64,000 bases of DNA, taken from contig CAZFPJ010000003.1 of assembly GCA_964521095.1 (NCBI GenBank), positions 12,350 to 76,349 of the forward strand, written 5' to 3'. The notes beneath the pieces were generated by a model. That model worked only from the letters and a program-made list of their open reading frames with translations. It made no database searches and was not told where the DNA came from. The position numbers and the translations under genes are program-made. Each line of letters begins with the position of its first letter. Within the stretch, counting starts at the first letter, position 1. This document shows positions 1 through 8,319 of this stretch, piece after piece. The stretch comes from an uncultured Candidatus Saccharibacteria bacterium. GTDB lineage: Bacteria; Patescibacteriota; Saccharimonadia; Saccharimonadales; 2-12-FULL-41-12.

Positions 1-700
1 TTAATGCCGCTCCACCCTTTTTCTCATCACCTTTTCTTTTTTTGCTAGCTACTGCCGAAGCGTTCTTGCGCCAACTATCATCGGCTGGACGAATCAATAT
101 TTGGATTGCAGCTCCATCATCTTTATCAAGGGTAGACAAAGCATTAAGCACCGACTTCATCGGGTCTCGCTTTATGTCCTGATATGTAGCTATCGGGTAG
201 GCGTAATCTTCTTTTAAGGTAAGCTCCCCTCCAAGAGTGCTACTAATCCGACCTACTTTACTAAATATATTAGGCTCAGCCGTCTCTTCCATTCTGGCAG
301 ATGGATAGGCGCTAACTACCGCCTGCTTAACGACATCTACTAAAGTGACGGGGACAGCGACATAAAAACTTATAAATCCATCAATACCAACGATTTCAAA
401 AGATAAATGTTTTTGGCCATAAAACTTATTTTTAAACCCCTTCTGAAGGGTGCTGGCAATAATACTGTACACAATCTCTGCTTTAGATATATTTTCATCC
501 GTAACATCCCTAACATCACGAGAGCCAACATCGGTATCCTCGCTAATGGGCGGCAGGTGAATCAGCATTGGCACCATCTTTAGCCCTCGCTCAAAATTCT
601 TCTGCTCGGTCAGGACTCTCCTAGAATGAATATAGATAATAGGCCCTGCAATAATCCCGCAAAGCAGGAAAGCCACCAGTAGAGCTAGTAGAACTGCCAT
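1..700 (-). CDS. Membrane-anchored protein, N-terminal 233 codons only (gene runs off the left edge of the window)
   Basis: Absent from the ORF track because no stop is reached. ATG at 700-698 on the reverse strand; frame stays open to position 2. Translation starts MAVLLALLVAFLLCGIIAGPIIY (one TM helix), then a soluble domain (...FEIVGIDGFISFYVAVPVTLVDVVKQAVVSAYPSARMEE...). Lies 10 nt downstream of the 711-1028 ORF on the same strand. Family not recognised with certainty. Confidence 0.55.
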   Translation of the reverse strand, partial: MAVLLALLVAFLLCGIIAGPIIYIHSRRVLTEQKNFERGLKMVPMLIHLPPISEDTDVGSRDVRDVTDENISKAEIVYSIIASTLQKGFKNKFYGQKHLSFEIVGIDGFISFYVAVPVTLVDVVKQAVVSAYPSARMEETAEPNIFSKVGRISSTLGGELTLKEDYAYPIATYQDIKRDPMKSVLNALSTLDKDDGAAIQILIRPADDSWRKNASAVASKKRKGDEKKGGAAL

Positions 701-710
701 GCCCTACCTC

Positions 711-1028
711 TTAAGAGTCCGATACTTTTATATCTTTACCAAAGCGTTTCTTCATGTAGTCTGCCTTAAATTTGCCGATAGCAACCTGTTGCTGATGAGG
801 ATCTTCTTTGGTGCTATCTATAATTTGCTTAGCCTTCTCTACCCACTCTTTCTCTATAAGGTCAACATCTCCTGCGACTTGTGGAGAAGATTGCTTGCCA
901 CGAGGTGGCTGTGGTGGGTTGCTAGACATAGGTTGACCACCTTGTTGCTGTGTTGTCCCCGGCCCTGTTTGCGCTCCACCCACACCCATGGAGACCCCTG
1001 GATCTTGCATATTATTATCGTCTTGCAT
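711..1028 (-). CDS. Small hypothetical protein (105 aa): Gln/Gly/Pro-rich N-terminus, charged C-terminal half
   Basis: ORF track; tightly spaced with the downstream same-strand gene. No recognisable motif. Confidence 0.45.
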   Translation of the reverse strand: MQDDNNMQDPGVSMGVGGAQTGPGTTQQQGGQPMSSNPPQPPRGKQSSPQVAGDVDLIEKEWVEKAKQIIDSTKEDPHQQQVAIGKFKADYMKKRFGKDIKVSDS

Positions 1029-1061
1029 AATCAGGTTTTATTATACCAGTAGTGGCTACTC

Positions 1062-1400
1062 TTATAATAATTTTATAAGATAAAATATTGAAACACAGCC
1101 AAACATAGCCAACAAAATGATGTCCCCAGCCGTAATGCCCCCGATAGATTGAAAGACAAGAACCCCTGTCGCTAAACTCGAAAATGCCAAAGCGCCCACT
1201 TGCCTCTTATTAGAATTATCGCTAAAAAAACCAACAAATATCATAAAAATTACTGCTAGCTGATAGCAAACTAGAGCAAACAGCAATAAAGGTATCGTCA
1301 AAAACACCAAAGGCAGGCTACTAGGGTTGGTGTTGGCCAAAAAAACAGCCAAAATTATTACTAGAGCTAATACAATCAACAATCGTTTTCTATATGTCAT
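1062..1400 (-). CDS. Small integral membrane protein (112 aa)
   Basis: ORF track; almost entirely hydrophobic segments (LLIVLALVIILAVFLA, LVFLTIPLLLFALVCYQLAVIFMIFVGFF, ILLAMFGCVSIFYLI). Confidence 0.5.
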   Translation of the reverse strand: MTYRKRLLIVLALVIILAVFLANTNPSSLPLVFLTIPLLLFALVCYQLAVIFMIFVGFFSDNSNKRQVGALAFSSLATGVLVFQSIGGITAGDIILLAMFGCVSIFYLIKLL

Positions 1401-1430
1401 GGTCTATAAATATTATTTTAAACTGCCATT

Positions 1431-1476
1431 CCCCAAAAAACTAATTAAACACCCGGTTAGTAGGGTGTTTAATTAG
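1431..1476 (-). terminator. Rho-independent terminator-like hairpin for minus-strand transcription arriving from the ORF-free region to the right
   Basis: Perfect 14-bp stem ctaattaaacaccc / gggtgtttaattag (1441-1454, 1463-1476) with an 8-nt loop. On the minus strand it is followed by TTTTTT (a-run 1435-1440). Confidence 0.5.
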
Positions 1477-2344
1477 AGTTTAGAAACAAGGAAGCCTTGG
1501 ACAATAAAACCGCTCTTTTTTATTAGATTATTTAGCGCTTAGCGTCCAAAAGGCTTTGACTGACCGCTCTTATTTGCTTTAGGCAAACTCGAGCGCTATT
1601 TTGTCTCTATGCCTTAACTCCTAAATGTCTTTTTGTTTTAAAACTTACTAAGACCATCCTACTACACAAATTGTTTTATGTCAATAAATACTATAGTTTT
1701 ATGCACAACAAAACAGAGGTATTTTTCTATAAAATATTGTTGTATTTATTGTATCGATTTATCGAACTACTTTATTATGGCATTCTCGACAATCATGAAT
1801 GACACTGCTTTTTTGACCCTCAGCACCCATTCCTAGTACATAGAATCGACCACCAATCTACTCGAAATCTGCACCAAAATATCAAGGTAAAAAGCAAACC
1901 TCACAAACAAATTAGACAAGGCAATAGAATAATGGAGTGGAGCGAAAAACCACCTTGCAATAGATATACTCCATGAATCTACCCCGTGTTTTTTTAAATT
2001 CAGTAGAATTTAGCCACAAAATCCTACCAAACGATAGCTCTGTACTGAGCCGTCCTGTGCGCCTAGAGCAATCCTCCGTCCCATTGATCAAGTAATTTAC
2101 ACCAAAAGGGCACTTTCTCTAGTTAATATCTAGAAAGTCCTGTCATCACATATCAGACTTCATAAAGCGCCAATCAGCTATTCAATTGATGGCTTCAGAA
2201 TATCCCCCAACAAGCTATGGGGTTACGCTAATTTTATTCAAAATGTATGCTACTTAGATATGATTCTTGATGCCCCCGACAGACGCACAGACAGATATCC
2301 ACATTATCAAAACTACTAAAATTAAGATTTTAAGCAAAAACATG

Positions 2345-2373
2345 TTGACATGATTTGAAAGTATTTATAAGAT
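2345..2373 (+). promoter_or_regulatory. Sigma70-like promoter (TTGACA - 17 nt - TAAGAT)
   Basis: TTGACA at 2345-2350, 17-nt spacer, TAAGAT at 2368-2373. No protein gene follows before a strong terminator. Confidence 0.45.
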
Positions 2374-2380
2374 GATATTA

Positions 2381-2545
2381 GCACTTGAACAAAAAAAGTG
2401 CTCAAAAACAAAAACGTCCCTGTTAACAACGGCTTCTCGCAAGCCGTTGTTCCAATCAAAGATAAAACCAAAACACGAAAATCAATTACAAAAATCTAAC
2501 AAAAAAGGAAAGACCTCGCAGTCGCAAAGCGAGGTCTTTTTTTTG
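2381..2545 (+). ncRNA. Candidate small RNA (~165 nt), unknown family
   Basis: Bounded by the promoter above and a terminator. Three hairpins: gcact...agtgc (2381-2401), perfect 11-bp aacaacggctt/aagccgttgtt (about 2425-2451), and gacctcgc/gcgaggtc (2512-2536) followed by T8. They are joined by a C/A-rich unstructured linker. The overlapping 60-aa ORF is Lys-rich and runs through the hairpins. Confidence 0.35.
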
Positions 2546-2589
2546 TTTACCTAGGCGGCTAGCTCCTATATACTTATGCTTAGAAAATT

Positions 2590-4101
2590 ATGAGAAACAT
2601 CCAAGCTGTCATGGACTATGGTGGAGAGGCTACGGCAATAGATATTGAGTGCCATTTGTCTAACTCTTTGCCTAACATAATCATTGTGGGGATCGCCAGT
2701 AAGGCTGTCGATGAAGCAAAAGAGCGTATCCGTGGAGCCTTTGCTAGCAGCAAAATAAACCTGCCAAAGAAACGCATCACCCTCAACCTTGCACCAGCAG
2801 ACATACCAAAAGAAGGATCTAGCTTTGACCTACCGATGGCCGTATCCATACTTCAGCGAGCTAATCTAGTATCTACTCCCTGCCCTGCAGACACTATAGT
2901 TATGGGCGAACTTGGCCTAGATGGAAGTGTTAGACCCATAAGAGGCGTTATAGGCAAGTTGTTAGCTGCCCGCAAACTAGGTTTTACTAACTTTTGGCTA
3001 CCACAAGCCAACCTAAATCAAGCGCTCCTTGTGCCTAACATCAAGGTAATGCCTGTTCGCAACTTGTCCCAACTGTATCAAACAATGAACGGGGTAATTA
3101 CTCCTACAACTCTAGAGCAAACTCCAGCAACCTCATCTAAGATACCCCCAAAGAATAGTGGCGCCCCCAACCTAGATGATGTAGTGGGTCAAGAGGCAGC
3201 CAAAAGAGCACTCTTGATTGCCGCAGCGGGACATCACAACATAATTCTTAGTGGGCCACCCGGCACCGGTAAAAGCATGCTAGCTAAAGCTCTACCCAGC
3301 ATTATGCCCGCCATGACCCAAGAAGAGATGCTAGAGGTGACACATATACACAGCCTGTCTAACAAAAACTTTGAAGAGATAATTACAGAACGCCCCGTTC
3401 GTAGCCCCCACCACAGTTCTAGCAGTGTGTCTATCATAGGTGGTGGCCAGAAACCCCGTCCCGGAGAAATAAGCCTCAGCCACCATGGAATCTTGTTCTT
3501 CGATGAGTTTCCAGAATTTACTCGCAATACACTAGAAGCACTCAGACAGCCTCTCGAGGACCGCAAGATAACAGTAGCAAGGGCACAAAACAGTATGGAC
3601 TTTCCTGCAAACTTCATACTAATAGCTACAGCCAATCCCTGCCCCTGCGGATTCTATGGCAGTTCTCGCGAATGCACCTGTATGCCAACCCAGATTGCCA
3701 GTTATCAAAAGAAGCTCTCTGGACCCGTTGTTGACAGAATCGACCTATACATAGATGTCGACGAAGTACCTCATCAAGAATTACTCAAGGAGCGAAGCTC
3801 GACCAGCATCACACAGACTATGTCCGAACAGGTTACCAAAGCTAGAGAGAAACAACGCAAACGGTCCAAAAAACTAAACAACGAGCTCAGTAATGCAGAC
3901 CTTAAAAAATATGCTCAACTAGATAAAGAAGCAAAAAACTTCTTTGATGTAGCTGCCTCAAAGATGCAACTCTCTGGCAGAGGATACATGCGGGCCCTCA
4001 AAGTTGCACGAACCATAGCCGACATAGAAGGATCAGAGCAAATAACAACCCCTCATATCACTGAGGCACTTCAGTACAGACAGCGTTCGACACCTTTTTA
4101 G
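2590..4101 (+). CDS. comM: YifB/ComM family Mg-chelatase-like ATPase
   Basis: 503 aa. N-terminal Lon/ChlI-like region, Walker A GPPGTGKS, Walker B ILFFDEF, and a C-terminal region typical of the family (PCPCG...C.C). Confidence 0.9.
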   Translation: MRNIQAVMDYGGEATAIDIECHLSNSLPNIIIVGIASKAVDEAKERIRGAFASSKINLPKKRITLNLAPADIPKEGSSFDLPMAVSILQRANLVSTPCPADTIVMGELGLDGSVRPIRGVIGKLLAARKLGFTNFWLPQANLNQALLVPNIKVMPVRNLSQLYQTMNGVITPTTLEQTPATSSKIPPKNSGAPNLDDVVGQEAAKRALLIAAAGHHNIILSGPPGTGKSMLAKALPSIMPAMTQEEMLEVTHIHSLSNKNFEEIITERPVRSPHHSSSSVSIIGGGQKPRPGEISLSHHGILFFDEFPEFTRNTLEALRQPLEDRKITVARAQNSMDFPANFILIATANPCPCGFYGSSRECTCMPTQIASYQKKLSGPVVDRIDLYIDVDEVPHQELLKERSSTSITQTMSEQVTKAREKQRKRSKKLNNELSNADLKKYAQLDKEAKNFFDVAASKMQLSGRGYMRALKVARTIADIEGSEQITTPHITEALQYRQRSTPF

Positions 4102-4113
4102 TCACAAAAGAGA

Positions 4114-4142
4114 TTGACCTCTGTTGTTATGTTTGGTACAAT
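4114..4142 (+). promoter_or_regulatory. Sigma70-like promoter for infC-rpmI-rplT (TTGACC - 17 nt - TACAAT)
   Basis: TTGACC at 4114-4119, 17-nt spacer, TACAAT at 4137-4142, about 40 nt upstream of the infC ATT start. Confidence 0.5.
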
Positions 4143-4182
4143 CAACCTCAGTAATCTGCATAATGTAGTAGGAGATGTATAG

Positions 4183-4710
4183 ATTAGTAAAGCACCTCGC
4201 CTAAACGAGGCTATTAGAGCCTCTCAGTTGCGCGTTATAGATGAAGCCGGCAATCAGGTTGGCGTACTATCAAGAAATGAAGCGCTTCAGATGGCTCGCG
4301 ATCAAGGTTTGGACCTAGTCGAGATATCGGCAGATGCCAATCCTCCAGTAGTAAAAATTGTCGATTGGGGCAAATACAACTACCAAAGGACTAAGCAACT
4401 CCAGCGAACTCGCAAGAATGCTAAATCTTTAGAGGTCAAGCAGATGCGTTTTGGTCTCAAGATTAGCGATCACGACATCGCCGTAAAGCTTAGAAAGATC
4501 GAGCAATTCCTACATGCAGGACACAAAGTTAAAATTGCAGTCTTTTACAGAGGCCGAGAAATGGCTCATAAAGATCTAGGTTTTCATCTAGCAGATAAAA
4601 TCATAGACTTATTAGGCGAAGATACTATCGTCGACCAAAAACCTCAGCTTGCCGGAAGACAACTAATATTCGTAGTAAGGAGCAATAATGCCAAAGCAAA
4701 AAACACATAG
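4183..4710 (+). CDS. infC: Translation initiation factor IF-3
   Basis: The ORF-track protein is clearly IF-3. The conserved N-terminus (ISKAPRLNEAIRASQLRVIDEAGNQ) extends 15 codons upstream of the track start to an in-frame ATT at 4183, preceded by AGGAGA. ATT/AUU is the classic autoregulatory infC start codon. Confidence 0.9.
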   Translation: MSKAPRLNEAIRASQLRVIDEAGNQVGVLSRNEALQMARDQGLDLVEISADANPPVVKIVDWGKYNYQRTKQLQRTRKNAKSLEVKQMRFGLKISDHDIAVKLRKIEQFLHAGHKVKIAVFYRGREMAHKDLGFHLADKIIDLLGEDTIVDQKPQLAGRQLIFVVRSNNAKAKNT

Positions 4711-4885
4711 CGGTACTAAAGACCGAATTCGCATAACCAAGTCTGGTAAAGTGCATCGTCGACACACTGCTGTAAACCACTTTCTGAAAAAGAAAAGTGC
4801 TAGTACTAAGCGTACTTTTGCAGGAGTAGAAGAAGTCACCGGTAAAAATGCTACGAATATGAAGAGAAAGCTAGGAGTAAAATAG
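4688..4885 (+). CDS. rpmI: 50S ribosomal protein L35
   Basis: 65 aa, MPKQKTHSGTKDRIRITKSGKV... is typical of L35. Its start overlaps the end of infC. Confidence 0.9.
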   Translation: MPKQKTHSGTKDRIRITKSGKVHRRHTAVNHFLKKKSASTKRTFAGVEEVTGKNATNMKRKLGVK

Positions 4886-4886
4886 T

Positions 4887-5231
4887 ATGCGCGTAAAACG
4901 AGGGGTCACAACCCACAAAAGACACCAAAAGATCAGAAAAGCTACCAAGGGCATGACTAGATCCAACCGATCTAGCATCCGTAGGGGCAAACAAGCCGTT
5001 ACGCGCGCGCTTGTAAACTCTACTAAAGATCGCAAGAACAGGAAGAGGACTTTCCGTACTCTATGGAACACCCGCATCAATGCAGGGGCACGATTGAACG
5101 GGACTACTTACAGTAAACTAATCAACGGTCTTAAGAAAAACAGCATCAATCTTGATCGCAAAATATTAAGTGAGCTAGCTGTTAGTGAACCCACTGCTTT
5201 TGAAGCGGTAGTCAAGCAAGCTACTAAATAA
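4887..5231 (+). CDS. rplT: 50S ribosomal protein L20
   Basis: 114 aa, MRVKRGVTTHKRHQKI... is typical of L20. Conserved infC-rpmI-rplT order. Confidence 0.92.
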   Translation: MRVKRGVTTHKRHQKIRKATKGMTRSNRSSIRRGKQAVTRALVNSTKDRKNRKRTFRTLWNTRINAGARLNGTTYSKLINGLKKNSINLDRKILSELAVSEPTAFEAVVKQATK

Positions 5232-5258
5232 TAGCTCTAAAAAGAACTGCAAAATACT

Positions 5259-5287
5259 AAAAACCATCCTAGTTTAGGATGGTTTTT
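5259..5287. terminator. Bidirectional terminator hairpin between rplT (+) and rnpB (-)
   Basis: aaaaaccatcct-agttt-aggatggttttt: 7-bp GC-containing stem flanked by an A-run and a T-run. Confidence 0.7.
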
Positions 5288-5296
5288 AGTATTGAA

Positions 5297-5665
5297 GCCC
5301 AGATTATCTATAAGCCGGGTTTTGTATTAAAGCGCCAAAGACGCATTAACTGCTAATCATCTATCTAGCTCCAAGATTGCCCTTAGAGTCAAGCGGATCT
5401 TATGATATTACCTCGGCGGGATACCGTTTGAGGTCGTATCTCCTTGCAACGAACAGGGTTTACCTCTTTACTATGTCACCATAGTAAACTGCGAGCTCTT
5501 ACCTCGCTCTTTTCACCTTTTCCTGACTATAAAAATCAGGTAGTTTTGTTTCTGTGGCACTTTCCCTAAGGTTGCCCTCGGTTGCCGTTAGCAACTGTTC
5601 TTCCCTATGTTGCCCGGACTTTCCTCCCTCACCGTAAGCGAGAGCGATTAGCCAATAATCTGAGC
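5297..5665 (-). ncRNA. rnpB: RNase P RNA, bacterial type A
   Basis: The reverse strand contains GAGGAAAGTCCGGGC, GCCACAGAAA, GGTAAGAGC, GGTAAACCC and the 3' ACAAAACCCGGCTTAT motif. The 5' GCUCAGAUUAU pairs with the 3' AUAAUCUGGGC (P1). About 369 nt; ends approximate to +/-5 nt. Confidence 0.9.
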
Positions 5666-5677
5666 ACTACTATTATA

Positions 5678-6334
5678 TCAGCTATTTTTATCTAAACACT
5701 CATTAACTAGACCATCGGCAATGCTATTCATAGCACGAGGTACATGGGTAAAGCTAATACTTTCAAAGCCAGTTTCTAGTTTTTTAATACGAGCATGGAC
5801 TGGAGCTAGCTCGGCCGTCTTAACTTTATAAATACCCTTGACCTGATTCACTATTAACAGGCTGTCCATATAAACTTCCAGGTTGCTCACCCCCCCATCA
5901 AGGCAAGCCTTCATCCCTTCCTCCAAACCAAGATACTCCGCCTGATTGTTGGTAGTCACACCTAAATATTTTGAACCTTTTTTTACAACAATATCTTCCA
6001 TGTCTAAGATGACAAACCCTAGTGCAGAGGGCCCTGGGTTGCCTCTAGAGCCCCCGTCTGTAAACAATTTTGCTCGCCCTATTGTATCCACGCTTGCATC
6101 TGATTTTGCCAGTAGGGCATCGATGGCATTGGCTAAATCTCTGTCTTTTTCGGTTACGGCATTAGCGCTATGAGTGGTCGCCCAAAGTTCCACTACATTA
6201 TAATCTAGGATAATTTTAGGGTGATGATTGTGCTCTTCTGCCAAGCTCGCCACCTTATCGACAAATTCAACAGCTTCCAAAAAACTCTGGAATTCAAATT
6301 TTCGATACAAGCTATTATTTTTTTGTTGCCACAT
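5678..6334 (-). CDS. Fusion protein: pterin-4a-carbinolamine dehydratase (PCD/DCoH)-like N-domain + RNase H (type 1-like) C-domain
   Basis: N-terminal ~75 aa match the PCD pattern (F.F.SF..A..FV..VA.LAE..NHHP......N.V....TH). The C-terminal part has the RNase H D-E-D-D pattern (FTDGGSRGNPG, NNQAEY, YMDSLLIV, NSIADGL). Confidence 0.75.
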   Translation of the reverse strand: MWQQKNNSLYRKFEFQSFLEAVEFVDKVASLAEEHNHHPKIILDYNVVELWATTHSANAVTEKDRDLANAIDALLAKSDASVDTIGRAKLFTDGGSRGNPGPSALGFVILDMEDIVVKKGSKYLGVTTNNQAEYLGLEEGMKACLDGGVSNLEVYMDSLLIVNQVKGIYKVKTAELAPVHARIKKLETGFESISFTHVPRAMNSIADGLVNECLDKNS

Positions 6335-6546
6335 ATTCCCTATATCTTATCATGGTTACCTTGTATGATAACGCTAGAACCCGTTTTATCTCAGAAAGCT
6401 GGTCGCGCAAGCTCAACTACAACGCCTGTTCCAGCAAAACTGGAACGCGCGCCGCCAATTCCTATTTTTTAATGGAAAGGACGGTTTTTATGGCAGAGGT
6501 ATCGGGGTTTCGCAGTCCTAGAGATTTCCGTTAAAGGCTGTATAAT

Positions 6547-7164
6547 ATGAGTATTATGGAGTTAATAGGTGTTGTTACTGGTAAACCCGGCTCGGGTAAA
6601 ACTAGCTGTACAAGTGCAGCAATCTATAAGTACCCTAGCCTGTCTCTTGATGTTAGTCTTATTTCCGCTGGCGATACACTAAGGGATATAGTTGGAAATC
6701 GGCGTAATTCTAGGTATAAAGATATAATTGTCCAACACAGTGGAGAACTGAGCATGGCCCGACCTTTGCCCCAAGACCTTGTTGGAAATATTATAGAAGA
6801 AAGACTATCAAATATTGACCAAAGGCTCATATTACTTGATGGCTACCCTAGATTTTTAAGCCAAATTAGTAGACTTAAAGATATAGCTCAGAGTTTAGGG
6901 CGCCGTATAGTTGGTGTGCTAGATTTCGAGGTAGCAGATAGCATCTCTACAGAGCGACTTTTGTATAGAGGTAGGCGAAATGAAGAAGTTCCGTATACAG
7001 AACAAGTAATTAATCAACGTTTAGATGAACATCATAACAATGTTGCCCCGACTATTAACAATTTACGAGAATTTTATAATCACTATTATATTGATGCTTC
7101 CACTGATCAACATAAAGTCATAGAAGAAGCCCGTAGAGCTATTGAACTAATGCTAGATAGCTAA
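6547..7164 (+). CDS. Adenylate kinase-family nucleoside monophosphate kinase paralogue
   Basis: P-loop GKPGSGKT and an LLDGYPR motif as in Adk/NMP kinases. No obvious zinc lid. Confidence 0.6.
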   Translation: MSIMELIGVVTGKPGSGKTSCTSAAIYKYPSLSLDVSLISAGDTLRDIVGNRRNSRYKDIIVQHSGELSMARPLPQDLVGNIIEERLSNIDQRLILLDGYPRFLSQISRLKDIAQSLGRRIVGVLDFEVADSISTERLLYRGRRNEEVPYTEQVINQRLDEHHNNVAPTINNLREFYNHYYIDASTDQHKVIEEARRAIELMLDS

Positions 7165-7841
7165 ATCCTAACTTGTCCGTTAGTCATATTGATAGTTGCC
7201 CCGCAAAGATAGGGATTGTTAATAGCGAAAAATATTGAATCAGCAATTTCATCTGCTGTTGCTAATCTTTTGACATAGGTTTTATCTGAGACTTTTCTTC
7301 TCTTTTTAGCGTCCCAGTCTTCAGTCATGCCCCCTTCGAAAGCACCAGGCAATACAATATTTGCTCGAACATTCGGACCATACTCATTATTAATGGCATG
7401 CATAAGCCCTATAAGCCCTGCCTTTGTAGACGAATATGGAGCTTTCCCTCCTAGCCAACTTGAAGCTGAGCCCACATAAGTGAGGCTACCTTTGAGATTG
7501 TTGCCTAGCATAAAGTCTATAAATGTTTCAGAAAGCCTTGCAGCTGACAATAAGTTGACATTTATTGAGTCGGTCCAATTCTCGGATGAAATACCTTGGA
7601 GTTGAACTAAATGATAGCTTCCCTTTCTGGGGCTTGCATTTAAAAGATTGTTTAGAAGCTGTGAAGTACTCTCTACGCCTTTCTCTTGAGCTAGATCAGG
7701 AATGTGTATCCAATTTTCAATGTCAAAGGGGTTAGAGCGGCCCAAAAAAGTTCCCCCAGCTATAACTTTACTTAGCGAATTAGCAAGAGGGGTTGATGAA
7801 CCTATTACTATTAAGTTAGAAGTATTTTTTGATTTCCTCAT
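7161..7841 (-). CDS. Short-chain dehydrogenase/reductase (SDR) family oxidoreductase
   Basis: Catalytic YSSTKAGLIGL (YxxxK), a downstream VLPG motif, and a Rossmann-like N-terminus. Confidence 0.75.
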   Translation of the reverse strand: MRKSKNTSNLIVIGSSTPLANSLSKVIAGGTFLGRSNPFDIENWIHIPDLAQEKGVESTSQLLNNLLNASPRKGSYHLVQLQGISSENWTDSINVNLLSAARLSETFIDFMLGNNLKGSLTYVGSASSWLGGKAPYSSTKAGLIGLMHAINNEYGPNVRANIVLPGAFEGGMTEDWDAKKRRKVSDKTYVKRLATADEIADSIFFAINNPYLCGATINMTNGQVRI

Positions 7842-8319
7842 ATTTCTTACCCGCTATTTGCCCAGCAGCTAGTGCTGCTGTGTTTGTAATTTCTTTGATT
7901 ATGTCAAAATCTTTTAGCTCAACCTTCGGTCGTTCGCCCTCCCACTCTATGTCCAAGACAATCAAAGGAGCCAAATCCCCAATGTACTCATCAATCTCAA
8001 TCGTATATTCATTAAATTGTTTCTTATACCTATTTTTAGCAATAGTCAAGCCTCGTAAACTAATTTCCAAGAAGGAGAATTCTTTTTCTGACAAGTGAAT
8101 TGTTTCCTCAATCATTGCGCTAAGGTCACCCTCAACTTTTGGGTATTTTTTTGTTAAGAAATAAGAAGATTCTCCTCTTTGACGAAGGCGTAATTGCGGG
8201 TTCCTTGTATCTGGAGGGTAGTAGGTGTCTTTCGTAAATTCACACTCCCACTCCCTCCTGACATCTTCTGGCACTGAAGACAAAAGATATGTATTCTCTT
8301 GTTCAATTTCCTTAGCCAT
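7816..8319 (-). CDS. CYTH-domain (triphosphate tunnel metalloenzyme) protein
   Basis: N-terminal EIEQE (ExExK-like), LRLRQRG...LTKK, and IEIDEY.GDLAPLIVLDIEWE resemble the CYTH fold pattern. Overlaps both neighbouring genes. Confidence 0.6.
   Translation of the reverse strand: MAKEIEQENTYLLSSVPEDVRREWECEFTKDTYYPPDTRNPQLRLRQRGESSYFLTKKYPKVEGDLSAMIEETIHLSEKEFSFLEISLRGLTIAKNRYKKQFNEYTIEIDEYIGDLAPLIVLDIEWEGERPKVELKDFDIIKEITNTAALAAGQIAGKKYEEIKKYF

Noticed and set aside
1480-2340. tmRNA, SRP RNA, 6S RNA or rRNA fragment in the ORF-free region
   Set aside because: I looked for the tRNA-like ends of tmRNA (GGGG...TCGAATCC...ACCA), the SRP helix-8 GGAA/AGCAG motif and 6S end-pairing on both strands and found none. 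The region is left as unassigned.
2372-2554. 60-aa ORF (MILALEQKKCSKTKTS...)
   Set aside because: It is a Lys-rich low-complexity translation of an A-rich region. The frame passes through three hairpins including the terminator and has no SD. It is treated as a small-RNA candidate instead.
6335-6546. Possible structured leader or riboswitch upstream of the NMP-kinase gene, and a possible att remnant
   Set aside because: Several hairpins exist (gttccag-caaaa-ctggaac; ggaaaggac...gtcc..tttcc) and there is a TATAAT directly before the ATG. I could not match any riboswitch consensus. The similarity to the tRNA-Pro 3' end is only 7 nt, which is insufficient evidence.
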